DNA of 32,000 nucleotides from Planktothrix sp. GU0601_MAG3 (lineage in GTDB: Bacteria; Cyanobacteriota; Cyanobacteriia; Cyanobacteriales; Microcoleaceae), in the NCBI GenBank assembly GCA_035193785.1, contig CP136572.1:4952464-4984463 (forward strand). The letters run 5' to 3'. The translations under genes were made by a program, and so were the position numbers. The notes beneath the pieces were generated by a model, which worked only from the letters and a program-made list of their open reading frames with translations, was not told the DNA's origin and ran no database searches. The stretch's first letter is position 1. Each line of letters opens with the position of its first letter. Of this stretch, positions 19,835 to 30,179 are shown one piece after another.

Positions 19835-21688
19835 TTATTTTGTTAGGCTATTCCCGCATAAATCGGGAAATTCAATGGTAAAAGTGGTAAGATTTTGGCT
19901 GCTTTCCACTTGAATTGTCCCGTTTAATTGTTCCACTAACTTTTGAACCAAAGCCAACCCTAAACCCGTTCCTCCCTGTTTCCATGGGTCTGCATTCGGA
20001 ACTCGATAAAACTTCTCAAAAATTCGGGGAAGTTCTTTTTCAGGAATTTCGACTGGGTTGCGAATCACAATTTGTAAGGGGTCAGAAATGGCGGGAGAGG
20101 GTAGAGAAATATTCTGTTTTTTTGTTTTACGTTTGTTTTTAGTTGTTGAAGTTAATTCTCGCCAATTAGATACGGAAAGATAATGAATTCCTAAGAAAAT
20201 TTCTCCTCCGTTTGGTGTATATTTACAGGCATTATTTAATAATTCTGCTAGAATTCTTTCCAAACTATTAGAATTAGTTATGATCGGCTTTAAATCTGGA
20301 TAATACTGGACATTAAATACCTGATTTCGTTCTTGAGTACGAGAATAAAAAGGATTAATAATATTAGGCAACCATTCTAATAAATCTAAATTTTCCAGGG
20401 TAATAGGTGCAGAGGAAGATTCTAAACGTTGCAAATCCAATAAATCATTAATTAAATTGGTTTCCCGCAGACATTCCGATTCTAATATTTCTAAATATTT
20501 TTGACCTCGCTCTGAATTGGGAGCAATTTTTAACATATGAATAGCCATTTTCATATTTGCCAAAGGAGTGCGGAGTTCATGGGAAACCGTACTCAAAAAA
20601 TCATCCTTGAGAATATTTAACTGTTGCAGTTCTTGAACCTTAGACGTGCGTTCTTGAACTTGTTTTTCTAGTTCAGCATTACGGGTTTTTAACAGTTCCA
20701 ATTTTTCCGTTTGCAGTTGATTTACCGATTGCTGTAATTGTTTAACAACCCGATACATTTCCGTCGGGTCAAGCATTCTTAATAAACTAACCTGTGTAAT
20801 TATTCCTAATAACTCTCCTTCATCACCACAAACTATTAGTCGTTGTACCTGTTGCTTTTGCATTTCTTGATGTGCCATCCATAAAGAATCCTTAGTTTTT
20901 AAATAAAAGGATAAATTTTTCATCACCGTTGTGGCTGGAGTCCCCGTTAAATCTAATTCTAAAAATTGTGCCTCCACAATATCCTGTTCCGTCACTAATC
21001 CAATCGGCGTTAATTTATTCAGAGTTTCTGTTTGAAAAACAACTACACAACTGGCTTGATGGGCAGCCATCATTTGTGCTAAACTTAATACTGATGTTGT
21101 TACCGGAGCCGTAATCACTTGGGTGATAATTTCATCTCCAACTCGTCGTAATCTTAAAATATTAGCAGGTTGTAAAACCCGACGAATTCTTTCTGGAGTA
21201 ATCACTCCTACCAATTGTCCCCGACTATCTAAAACAGGTAAATGCGAAATTTGATGTTGTCGAAATAAGGATAAAGCCGTAAAAATATCTTGATCATCAG
21301 ATTCTGTTAAACTAACAGATATTGGAGACATAATTTCAGCAACTCTGATGATATTGAGATTTTTTTTTCTGTCAGGATCAGAAATTTCTGTTGCTATTAA
21401 CTTCACAATATCCCGTTCGGTGATAATTCCTAAAACCGCAGCCCCGTGAGGTTGTTCATCGGCAAGTACAGGAAGAACTTTTTCTGAGTTTTCAGCGATG
21501 ACTAAAACACAGCTTGCCCGGGATTCTTCCACTAAAGAAATATCGGAATTTAGAGGGCAACAATTTTGAGATTGACCCAATATTTTAATCACATCCGCTA
21601 AACAAGTTTCCGGTGTTACAATAAATGGATTCCGATCAATGGCTTGTTCTAAAGCAGATGAATAGCGCACAGATTGGTAAAATTCCAT
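19835..21688 (-). CDS. Sensor histidine kinase with tandem CBS-domain pairs, coiled coil, HisKA and HATPase_c
   Basis: Intact 617-aa ORF with repeated CBS-like segments (ITERDIVK, ISHLPVLD, VTEQDIVE, RLIVCGDEG), a coiled coil (QLQTEKLELLKTRNAELEKQVQE), the H-box FLSTVSHELRTPL, an N-box (ELLNNACKYTP) and a G-box (GGTGLGLALV). A K/T-rich insert (TSTTKNKRKTKKQNISLPSP) lies inside the ATPase domain. No cognate response regulator is adjacent. Confidence 0.9.
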   Translation of the reverse strand: MEFYQSVRYSSALEQAIDRNPFIVTPETCLADVIKILGQSQNCCPLNSDISLVEESRASCVLVIAENSEKVLPVLADEQPHGAAVLGIITERDIVKLIATEISDPDRKKNLNIIRVAEIMSPISVSLTESDDQDIFTALSLFRQHQISHLPVLDSRGQLVGVITPERIRRVLQPANILRLRRVGDEIITQVITAPVTTSVLSLAQMMAAHQASCVVVFQTETLNKLTPIGLVTEQDIVEAQFLELDLTGTPATTVMKNLSFYLKTKDSLWMAHQEMQKQQVQRLIVCGDEGELLGIITQVSLLRMLDPTEMYRVVKQLQQSVNQLQTEKLELLKTRNAELEKQVQERTSKVQELQQLNILKDDFLSTVSHELRTPLANMKMAIHMLKIAPNSERGQKYLEILESECLRETNLINDLLDLQRLESSSAPITLENLDLLEWLPNIINPFYSRTQERNQVFNVQYYPDLKPIITNSNSLERILAELLNNACKYTPNGGEIFLGIHYLSVSNWRELTSTTKNKRKTKKQNISLPSPAISDPLQIVIRNPVEIPEKELPRIFEKFYRVPNADPWKQGGTGLGLALVQKLVEQLNGTIQVESSQNLTTFTIEFPDLCGNSLTK

Positions 21689-21808
21689 AACGATACTCTA
21701 AAATGGTTTGTGGGAAGAAACACAGGATTTTTCACCTTATAAACTTAGCCGGAGATGAGGCTATTAAATCTCTAATCAGTTTAACTTTATTCAAAAATAC
21801 AGATAATT

Positions 21809-22462
21809 ATGATTATATCAGTTAATGAAAAAAAATTTTGGGAAGAACGCTATCAAGGAGGAAACACAGGCTGGGACTTAGGAGAACCCGCCCCACCACT
21901 TGTTAGGTTTTTGCAATCTTCCGAGGCTCCACCCCCGGGAAAAACTGCGGTTTTAGGCTGTGGACGGGGTTATGATGCCCTATTATTTGCTAGTTATGGA
22001 TTTCAGGTGATTGGGTTCGATTTTGCGGCTTCTGCAATTAAAGACGCATTAGAATATCAACAATTATTAATCAATAAATCGTCAATTTTAAAGGGAGCAG
22101 GAAAATATTTACCCACTTCAGCGCAATTTTTACAACAGGATATTTTTGACTTACCAAAGGAGTTTTTAGGACAGTTTGATTATGTAATTGAACATACTTG
22201 TTTCTGTGCTATTTCCCCAGATAAACGCCCTAGTTATGTAGAATTAATTGAATCAATTCTGCAACCCGATGGGCAATTATTCGGGTTATTTTTTACCCAT
22301 TCCCGTGCTGGAGGGCCACCTTTTGGGATCACCCCGGCGGAAATTCGACAATATTTTCAAGGGAAATTTCAGATTCTCTCCCTCCATCTCGTAACTGAAT
22401 CAACGCCTAGCCGCCAAGGGGAAGAACATTGGGGACATTTTGCGCTTGATCAAAAACTCTAG
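21809..22462 (+). CDS. SAM-dependent methyltransferase, TPMT / halide-thiol methyltransferase-like
   Basis: FWEERYQGGNTGWDLGEPAPPL is followed by the SAM motif I VLGCGRGYDALLFA and then GFDFA and EHTCFCAI, as in the thiopurine/thiol/halide methyltransferase clade. Confidence 0.8.
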   Translation: MIISVNEKKFWEERYQGGNTGWDLGEPAPPLVRFLQSSEAPPPGKTAVLGCGRGYDALLFASYGFQVIGFDFAASAIKDALEYQQLLINKSSILKGAGKYLPTSAQFLQQDIFDLPKEFLGQFDYVIEHTCFCAISPDKRPSYVELIESILQPDGQLFGLFFTHSRAGGPPFGITPAEIRQYFQGKFQILSLHLVTESTPSRQGEEHWGHFALDQKL

Positions 22463-22531
22463 CAATTCGTTCTGCAAATTTTTTCTAATTTGACTATAAT
22501 AAGTAAAGATTTAGCCAAACCTGAGTTACAA

Positions 22532-23215
22532 ATGAGTCAACCATTGAATTTAGAAAATATTGCCGATCAGTTAGATAGTAAAAACTTACGAGATCGTCTA
22601 TTAGCCCTAGCTTCTTTGCGAAATATTCCTCCAGAGGATGCGGTTCCTTTAATTAAAAAAGTGCTAAATGATGAAAGTTTGCAAGTCCGATCTATGGCAA
22701 TCTTTGCCCTAGGAATTAAACCGACGGAAGAATGCTATTTTCTGTTGGTGAAACTATTAGAAACTGACCCCGATTATGGGGCGAGAGCCGATGCAGCAGG
22801 TGCCTTGGGTTATTTAGGAGATATTCGAGCATTTGAACCTTTAGTTAGAGCTTTTTATGAGGACACAGATTGGCTAGTTAGATTTAGTGCGGCGGTCTCC
22901 CTGGGAAACTTAAAAGATATTCGCGCCCGGGATGTTTTGTTAGCCGCATTAGAGAGTGATGAGGTGATTTTACATCAAGCTGCAATTGCCGCAATCGGAG
23001 AAATTCAAGATGTTGAATCGGTTGATAAAATTTTGCGATTTGCTCAATCTGAAGATTGGTTAGTTCGGCAACGATTAGCTGAAGCCTTGGGTAATCTGGT
23101 TACACCAAAAAGCCTTTCTGCTTTGAATTATTTAGCTAAAGATAGTCATAATCAAGTTTCTGAATCGGCTAAAATTTCCATAGAGCGGCTACAACAAGCG
23201 GGGTTAAAACCTTAA
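22532..23215 (+). CDS. HEAT-repeat protein (PBS-lyase HEAT-like repeats)
   Basis: Repeated units of the form D....VR..A..ALG.......PL...L.D (LQVRSMAIFALG, GARADAAGALG, LVRFSAAVSLG, ILHQAAIAAIG, LVRQRLAEALG). ATG 22532 is preferred over the TTG at 22490. Confidence 0.8.
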   Translation: MSQPLNLENIADQLDSKNLRDRLLALASLRNIPPEDAVPLIKKVLNDESLQVRSMAIFALGIKPTEECYFLLVKLLETDPDYGARADAAGALGYLGDIRAFEPLVRAFYEDTDWLVRFSAAVSLGNLKDIRARDVLLAALESDEVILHQAAIAAIGEIQDVESVDKILRFAQSEDWLVRQRLAEALGNLVTPKSLSALNYLAKDSHNQVSESAKISIERLQQAGLKP

Positions 23216-23323
23216 GGATTTGATCAGCAGGGAATGGAGAATATATTGACAAATGAACCCTAATATTAGACGATAGATTTTCAGTTTCTATGTTCAAATC
23301 AAAAGTTATCGTTAAATCAGCCT

Positions 23324-24626
23324 ATGACTTCTCCATTCCCTTCTCGGAAAAAACCTAAAGTTCTCCAATTATTCTTTTTCAGTTTTGTGGTTTTATTTCT
23401 GGCTAGTACCTCGGCAATTCTCGGGGCAATGACGGCCCTATTAACTCCCGAAAAATTTGATTTTACTGAGCCGGAATCCAATATTTTAGATGGGTTATGG
23501 CAACATCGGTTTAAATATAGTTTATCTCGTCCAGTTAATATTTTAGTCTTGGGAATTGATGGCAACCCTAACAGTTCTTCCGCCTCTCCCGATCTGTTTA
23601 AAGGTCGCAGTGATACGGTGTTATTTGTCAATTTTCAACCCCAGGATAAATCCGTAAGTCTGTTATCAATACCCCGGGATACTCAGGTTTCAAATTCCAG
23701 GTTATGGTACGGGAAAAATTAATGAAGCTAATTATTGGGGTGGCCCTAAATTAGCAAAAGAAGTGATTCAAAATATTTTAAATAAAGTTGAAGTCAACCG
23801 TTATATTCGGGTTAGTAGCGGTGCATTTAGAGAATTAGTTAATTCTTTAGGAGGAGTAGAAGTTTATATTCCCCAACCCATGTCCTATCAAGATAAAACC
23901 CAAAAATTAAAAATTGATTTAGCTCCCGGTTGGCAAACAATTAATGGCGAACAGGCGGATCAATTTGTGCGGTTTCGGGGGGATGGTTATGGAGATTTAG
24001 GTCGGGTACAGCGTCAACAAGCATTAATGGAAGCGATTTTAGTTCGACTTAAAGATCCGACGGTTTTACCTCGTGTTCCTGAAATTATTCGGATTATGCA
24101 AAAATATATTGATACCAATTTAAACTTTGAGGAAATTTTAACTTTAGTTAATTTTGGTTTGAATCTGGAACCCCAGAATTTTAAAATGGTAATGTTACCT
24201 GGTCGCTCTAGTTCTGAGGATTTTAATAGTAGTTATTGGTTAATTGATGAGCGGGGACGCGATCGGGTTATGTATCAATATTTTCGTTTAGATTCAACCG
24301 GATACACCTTAAAAAGTGCCTACGAACCTTCAGCTTATGAAACTTTATCCAAGGATTTAAAAATTGCGATTCAAAATGTTTCTAGTAATCCTAAATCCGC
24401 AGAGAAAATGCTCAATTTTTTAGCCGACCAAGGATTTAGTCAAGTTTATTTAGCTCCGACTGAATCCACTCAACAACTGAAAACCCAAATTATTGTTCAA
24501 GGCGGAGATTTGGGGGCGGCTAAACTAATGCAAAAAAACCTGGGTTTAGGTGAGCTTAAATCCTCCTCCACGGGGGAAATTGGCTCGGATTTAACCATTA
24601 GGGTCGGAGAAGATTGGATCAATTGA
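23324..24626 (+). pseudogene. LytR-CpsA-Psr (LCP) family cell-envelope protein, frame broken once
   Basis: An N-terminal TM helix, then NILVLGIDG...GRSDTVLFV...LLSIPRDT. Downstream, in the +1 frame, come IPGYGTGKINEANYWGGP and VNSLGGVEVYIP. The break window contains GTTTC 23687-23691. Removing one T gives IPRDTQV-QIPGYGTGKIN. Confidence 0.85.
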
Positions 24627-24754
24627 TTAACAATCTAGGGATTTGCTCTTATCACCCAATTCGGGATTGGCAAATCCTCGAATAAAATATGACAATCTAT
24701 CGAAAATTGCTATACAATATAAAGTAGTTGTTAAGAAAATTCCGATGGATGTCT

Positions 24755-26240
24755 ATGACTGCTAATGCACCTGTTAAAACGGATTACGAAGCGATTATTG
24801 GGTTAGAAACCCATTGTCAATTGAACACAGACACCAAGATTTTCTCCAATTCTTCGACGAAATTTGGAGCCGATCCTAATATGAATATTGATCCCATTTG
24901 TATGGGATTACCTGGTGTACTACCTGTATTAAATGAAAAAGTTTTAGAATATGCAGTAAAAGCCGGGTTAGCCCTGAATTGTGAAATTGCACCCTACAGT
25001 AAATTTGATCGCAAACAATATTTTTATCCTGATTTGCCCAAAAATTATCAAATTTCTCAATATGATTTACCCATTGCCATAAATGGTCATTTAGAAATTG
25101 AAATTGTCGATGAAGATGGTAGTTTCCACTCGCAAAACTATTGGGATTACTCGCTTACATATTGAAGAAGATGCGGGAAAATTAGTCCATGGCGGCAGCG
25201 ATCGGCTTTCCGGTTCCACCTATTCCATGGTTGATTATAACCGGGCTGGAATTGCTTTAGCTGAAATTGTATCTGAACCGGATATTCGCTCGGGACAAGA
25301 AGCCGCCGAATATGCCCAAGAATTGCGTCGCATTGTGCGTTATTTGGGCGTGAGTGATGGCAATATGCAAGAGGGTTCCCTGCGATGTGATGTTAATATT
25401 TCCGTGCGTCCGGTGGGGCAAAAAGAGTTCGGAACTAAAGTTGAAATCAAAAATATGAACTCTTTTAGTGCTATCCAACGGGCAATTGATCATGAAATCG
25501 AACGGCAAATTAAGGCGATTGAAACCGGGGAAGAAATTTTTCAAGAAACCCGTTTATGGGAAGAGGGAAGTCAACGGACAATTAGTATGCGGAAAAAAGA
25601 AGGAGCAAGCGATTATCGCTATTTTCCTGAACCCGATTTGCCGCCAATTCAAGTATCTGCTGAACAATTAAAAACCTGGAAATCTCAATTACCCGAACTC
25701 CCAGCAGAAAAACGCCATCGCTATGAATCAGAATTAGGATTATCCCCCTATGATACCCGTGTATTAACGGATGATCACCCGATTTCTGAATATTTTGAAG
25801 CCACAATTGCCGCCGGAGCTAATATTAAACAAGCGGTAAATTGGATTATGGGTGATATTACTGCCCATATAAAAAATGAAAAATGCAGTGTAACTGAAAT
25901 CGCTTTAAAACCGGAAGGATTAGCAGAATTAATTGCTTTAATTGAAGCCGGAACTATTAGCGGTAAAATTGCTAAGGATTTATTACCCGAACTCTTAACC
26001 CAAGGTGGATCTCCTAAAGCATTAGTTGAAGCAAAAGGATTAATTCAATTATCCGATCCTAAAGCATTAGCAGAAATTATTGATCAAGTTTTGCTAGAAA
26101 ATCCCAAGGAATTAGAACAATATCACGCAGGGAAAACCAAACTCCAAGGATTTTTTGTCGGTCAAATTATGAAAAAAACTGGCGGACGGGCTGACCCAAA
26201 ACTCACCAATCAAATCTTAGGAGAAAAACTCAAAAAATAA
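24755..26240 (+). pseudogene. gatB: Aspartyl/glutamyl-tRNA(Asn/Gln) amidotransferase subunit B, frame broken once
   Basis: [33 protein letters not shown], then in the +1 frame [19 protein letters not shown] and the full C-terminal YqeY-like tail. The break window contains GTTTC 25122-25126. Removing one T gives [20 protein letters not shown]. The start could be ATG 24755 or 24749. Confidence 0.93.
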
Positions 26241-26248
26241 ATAGTTTC

Positions 26249-26286
26249 TTCAGGTTAGGTTGGAATAATTCTCAACCCAACCTGAA
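26249..26286 (+). terminator. Intrinsic terminator-like hairpin between convergent gatB and a small membrane-protein gene
   Basis: TTCAGGTTAGGTTG (26249-26262) pairs with CAACCCAACCTGAA (26273-26286), a 14-bp stem with one mismatch and a 10-nt loop, followed by ATTTT. Confidence 0.55.
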
Positions 26287-26295
26287 ATTTTAAGA

Positions 26296-26547
26296 TCAAT
26301 CAGATTTAGGACTAAAAAATAATTGGTTAACTTTACTAATTACCCAACTCAAAATTGCTCCTCCCATTAAAATTCCAATCGCGGGAGTAAATACAGGTTG
26401 CCAAAGTTTATACCATAAATCCAATCCGAGATTGAGTTTAAAAGAATTGCCTAAAACCGCAATTACCAACCAAAAAAAACTAAATAATACAAAAAAAACA
26501 TTTGCCACCAAAACTAGATTCAACCATTTAATCAATTGTTCTTTCAT
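26296..26547 (-). CDS. Small hypothetical membrane protein (83 aa, two predicted TM helices)
   Basis: Intact ORF with two long hydrophobic stretches (LVLVANVFFVLFSFFWLVIAVL and AIGILMGGAILSWVI). No family recognised. Confidence 0.5.
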   Translation of the reverse strand: MKEQLIKWLNLVLVANVFFVLFSFFWLVIAVLGNSFKLNLGLDLWYKLWQPVFTPAIGILMGGAILSWVISKVNQLFFSPKSD

Positions 26548-26709
26548 AGTTCAAACTCAATAAAAATTATATCAATCTATTTGATCTTGATTATATTTTA
26601 AGGGTTAGGGGGATTTTTTTGCAAATATTAATTCAAAATTTGTAGACAAACTTAACCTAATCTTTGTTACAATAGATCCTAGCAGTTATAGCAGGCAGTC
26701 TGTGTTAAT

Positions 26710-27204
26710 ATGGTTCGCTACACCCTAGCTCAAAGTCCCGAAATCGTTCTTACCATCCGAGGCAAAGATTCATCTCAAGCCCGGGAGAAAGCGATGGACA
26801 AACTGATGGAATTGATAGACGCGGGTAAACTACCAACGGAATTGGAAGAAGGCTTTAGTCCCCAACAGTTCATCGAAGTCAAGGAGCCCGATGATAGTCC
26901 CTTAGAAGAAGAAGATGCTATTTCCGAAGCCGTGCAAATTCTGAGTAATTTGGCTTCCTTGAAATTAAAGATGATGGAATCAAGAGAAGAAGCCCTAAAA
27001 GTGCGAGAATCTATTGATATTCTGTTCACAGATCAACCCGTGACTGTAGAAGAAATAACCGAATTAAAAGACGGCTTTAAGGTGTTAAAAAATTTCGCGG
27101 TTTCCAATCTTAGATATCGAGAAGCTAGGGGCAAAGCGGAAGAAGCCAGAGCCGTTTTAGATGAAGCATTAAAATCTTCCGAAACCCGAACCAAAACCAG
27201 ATAA
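26710..27204 (+). CDS. Hypothetical acidic, helix-rich protein (164 aa)
   Basis: Intact ORF with E/K-rich helical composition. The two antisense ORFs in the track are less plausible. No family recognised. Confidence 0.55.
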   Translation: MVRYTLAQSPEIVLTIRGKDSSQAREKAMDKLMELIDAGKLPTELEEGFSPQQFIEVKEPDDSPLEEEDAISEAVQILSNLASLKLKMMESREEALKVRESIDILFTDQPVTVEEITELKDGFKVLKNFAVSNLRYREARGKAEEARAVLDEALKSSETRTKTR

Positions 27205-27331
27205 TCCCCAGGGGAAAAAAGATAAAAAATAACTTTAAAATAGGGAATGGGGAATAGGCAATGGGCAATAGTGATGAATTTTTCGAGTATTCTAATAAGA
27301 GCAGTAATCATTATTTCCTCTTTTCCTAAAA

Positions 27332-27720
27332 CCCATTATCGATCACGGATTTAAAAAGATTACGCAGATTAACACAGATTAAAATCCGTGAAATCCGCGA
27401 AATCCCCCTAAATCCGCGATCCCGATTACCGCTCACGGATTCAAAAGGATTACGAAAATTAACACATATTAAAATCCGTGAAATCCTTGAAATCCCCCTA
27501 AATCCGCGATCCCGATTACCGCTCACGGATTCAAAAGGATTACGAAAATTAACACATATTAAAATCCGTGAAATCCTTGAAATCCCCCTAAATCCGCGAT
27601 CCCGATTACCGCTCACGGATTTAAAAGGATTAGGAAAATTAACACATATTAAAATCCGTGAAATCCGCGAAATCCCCCTAAATCCGCGATCCCGATTACC
27701 GCTCACAGATTGAGGTAGAT
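27332..27720. repeat. Tandem repeat, unit about 90 bp, about 4.3 copies, ending 1 nt before the CorA-like start codon
   Basis: Units are 27332-27420 (89 bp, divergent), 27421-27510 and 27511-27600 (identical to each other), 27601-27690 (a few substitutions) and 27691-27720 (partial). Each unit holds an inverted repeat TCACGGATT...AATCCGTGA and four AAATCC sub-repeats at about 10-nt spacing. Confidence 0.95.
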
Positions 27721-27721
27721 T

Positions 27722-28480
27722 ATGAAATTACCCCTGACTTGGAATCTTCCCGTCACAATTTCCGATCGCTTAGGTCAAAAAAGTTTTGGCAAACAACGGG
27801 CGATTGTAGCAGAAGATAACCTATTATTAGTATTACATAAAGCCCCAGAACCCGGCGATCGCAATCGAGATGCCGTATTATTTTGGCGAAAACCCGATGG
27901 CCGTTGGGAATGCAGTAAAGGTGGTGTGGCACTGCAACAATTAACCAATCATATTAAAGAGTATAATTCAGCCGAAGAAGAATTAAATCAATTCTATAAA
28001 ATTGCTAAAACCGCCGAAGATTATTTTACACTATTAGAAGCGATTACCCCCCTACAGTTAGCAATAGAAAACCTGCACGCCACCTTACAAACCGCTAGAG
28101 AAGCTATCCCTCAAGATCGAGATCTAATTGATTTCAGAGATGGAGCCTATGAAATTGAACGCACCCTAGATATCCTTTATACTAACACAAAAAATGCCCT
28201 AGATTTCAAAGTTGCCAAAGAAACAGAATCCGCAACTAAAGCCGCCCATCGCCTTAATACCTTAGCCTCAATTTTCTTACCCCTGACGGCAATTTCCTGT
28301 GTATTTGGGATGAATTTAACCAGTGGTCTTGAATCCCAATCTATCCTAATATTTTGGATAATTTTTTTAGCCGGAATCTGGTTAGGATTAGTAGTCAGAC
28401 AATGGGTGCTTACCGGAAAAATTTCTCAATTAAGTTTCAGCAAATTAGCAATAGATTTAAAACGAGAATTATCAGATTAG
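27722..28480 (+). CDS. CorA-like divalent-cation transporter family protein (short form, GMN motif)
   Basis: 252-aa ORF. The C-terminus LASIFLPLTAISCVFGMNL is followed by a second TM helix (ILIFWIIFLAGIWLGLVV), the CorA/ZntB 2-TM GMN architecture. The N-terminal soluble domain is short relative to canonical CorA. Confidence 0.7.
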   Translation: MKLPLTWNLPVTISDRLGQKSFGKQRAIVAEDNLLLVLHKAPEPGDRNRDAVLFWRKPDGRWECSKGGVALQQLTNHIKEYNSAEEELNQFYKIAKTAEDYFTLLEAITPLQLAIENLHATLQTAREAIPQDRDLIDFRDGAYEIERTLDILYTNTKNALDFKVAKETESATKAAHRLNTLASIFLPLTAISCVFGMNLTSGLESQSILIFWIIFLAGIWLGLVVRQWVLTGKISQLSFSKLAIDLKRELSD

Positions 28481-28636
28481 ACAGGTTTATGCAGACCAAC
28501 CCATCACCCCATGTTGCCCATAGCCGATAGACTATTCCCCATTCCCTATTATTTAACTTGTCAGCGCCAGGATGAGTTTTAATGATATGATGGAAGTTTT
28601 GCATACTCACCAAACAACCACCAAAGGAGAAGCCAA

Positions 28637-29633
<997 letters not shown>

Positions 29634-29636
29634 ATT

Positions 29637-29730
29637 AGCAGGGGGAGTAGGGGGAGGAGGAGCAGGGGGAGCAGGGGGAGTGGAGGAGCAGGGGGAGTGG
29701 AGGAGTGGAGGAGTGGAGGAGCAGGGGGAG
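29637..29730. repeat. G-rich repeat block (GCAGGGGGAG units interspersed with GTGGAGGA octamers), six G5 runs
   Basis: Read directly, starting 4 nt after the ilvC stop. It is complementary in character to the C-rich block at 29820-29870. Confidence 0.9.
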
Positions 29731-29742
29731 TAATTATTTATT

Positions 29743-29819
29743 CCTAACTTCTAACTTCTAACTTCTAACTCCTAACTCCTAACTTCTAACTCCTAACTCC
29801 TAACTTCTAACTTCTAACT
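29743..29819. repeat. Heptanucleotide microsatellite, 11 x CTAACTY (STRR-like)
   Basis: Units start at 29743 with period 7. The seventh base follows the pattern T T T C C T C C T T C. It resembles the short tandemly repeated repetitive heptamers known from filamentous cyanobacteria. Confidence 0.9.
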
Positions 29820-29870
29820 CCTTCCCTCCCCTGCTCCCCCTGCCTCCCCTGCTCCCCCTACTGCCTCCCT
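29820..29870. repeat. C-rich block, inverted counterpart of the G-rich block
   Basis: CTTCCCTCCCCTGCTCCCCCTGCCTCCCCTGCTCCCCCTACTGCCTCCC. Its reverse complement contains GCAGGGGGAGCAGGGGAGG units like those at 29637-29730. Confidence 0.85.
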
Positions 29871-30093
29871 ATTTTACTGGCTGACCCTTATCAAGTTTTT
29901 CAATTTCTTTCTCCCGTTGTTCGTTAGTATCTTTAGGTTTTAACCACTGTGGCCATAAACTAACAACAAACTGACGACTGGTTTTACTGGCATCTCTGGC
30001 AGGTTTGGGCAAAAATTTAAACGTATCGCCCGAGGAAATAAACAGAACAATTAAGGCGACGGCGCCCCAGCCCAGAATTTTTTTAGGAGTCAT
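29869..30093 (-). CDS. Small hypothetical protein with an N-terminal TM/signal-anchor helix (74 aa)
   Basis: Intact ORF with hydrophobic ILGWGAVALIVLFISS followed by a charged tail. No family recognised. Confidence 0.45.
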   Translation of the reverse strand: MTPKKILGWGAVALIVLFISSGDTFKFLPKPARDASKTSRQFVVSLWPQWLKPKDTNEQREKEIEKLDKGQPVK

Positions 30094-30179
30094 AAGCGAT
30101 TTTTTAGATAGAGATATTTATGGGATTTTATTGTAATCAAATTTGAAAATTTTGTACACCCTGACTATGATTATACCCA

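Noticed and set aside
25257-25806. ORFs 25257-25544 (-), 25468-25671 (+) and 25582-25806 (-)
   Set aside because: They are alternative-frame or antisense ORFs inside gatB.
26775-27311. Minus-strand ORFs 26775-27029 and 27033-27311
   Set aside because: They are antisense to the longer 164-aa plus-strand ORF, S-rich and low in complexity. The second extends into intergenic repeat sequence.
27326-27706. 126-aa minus-strand ORF (SGNRDRGFRGISRISRILICVNF... repeated)
   Set aside because: It is simply the open frame of the 90-bp (30-codon) tandem repeat. It has a non-ATG start, an odd R/G/I/S-rich composition, and no flanking unique coding sequence. It is treated as a DNA repeat, not a gene.
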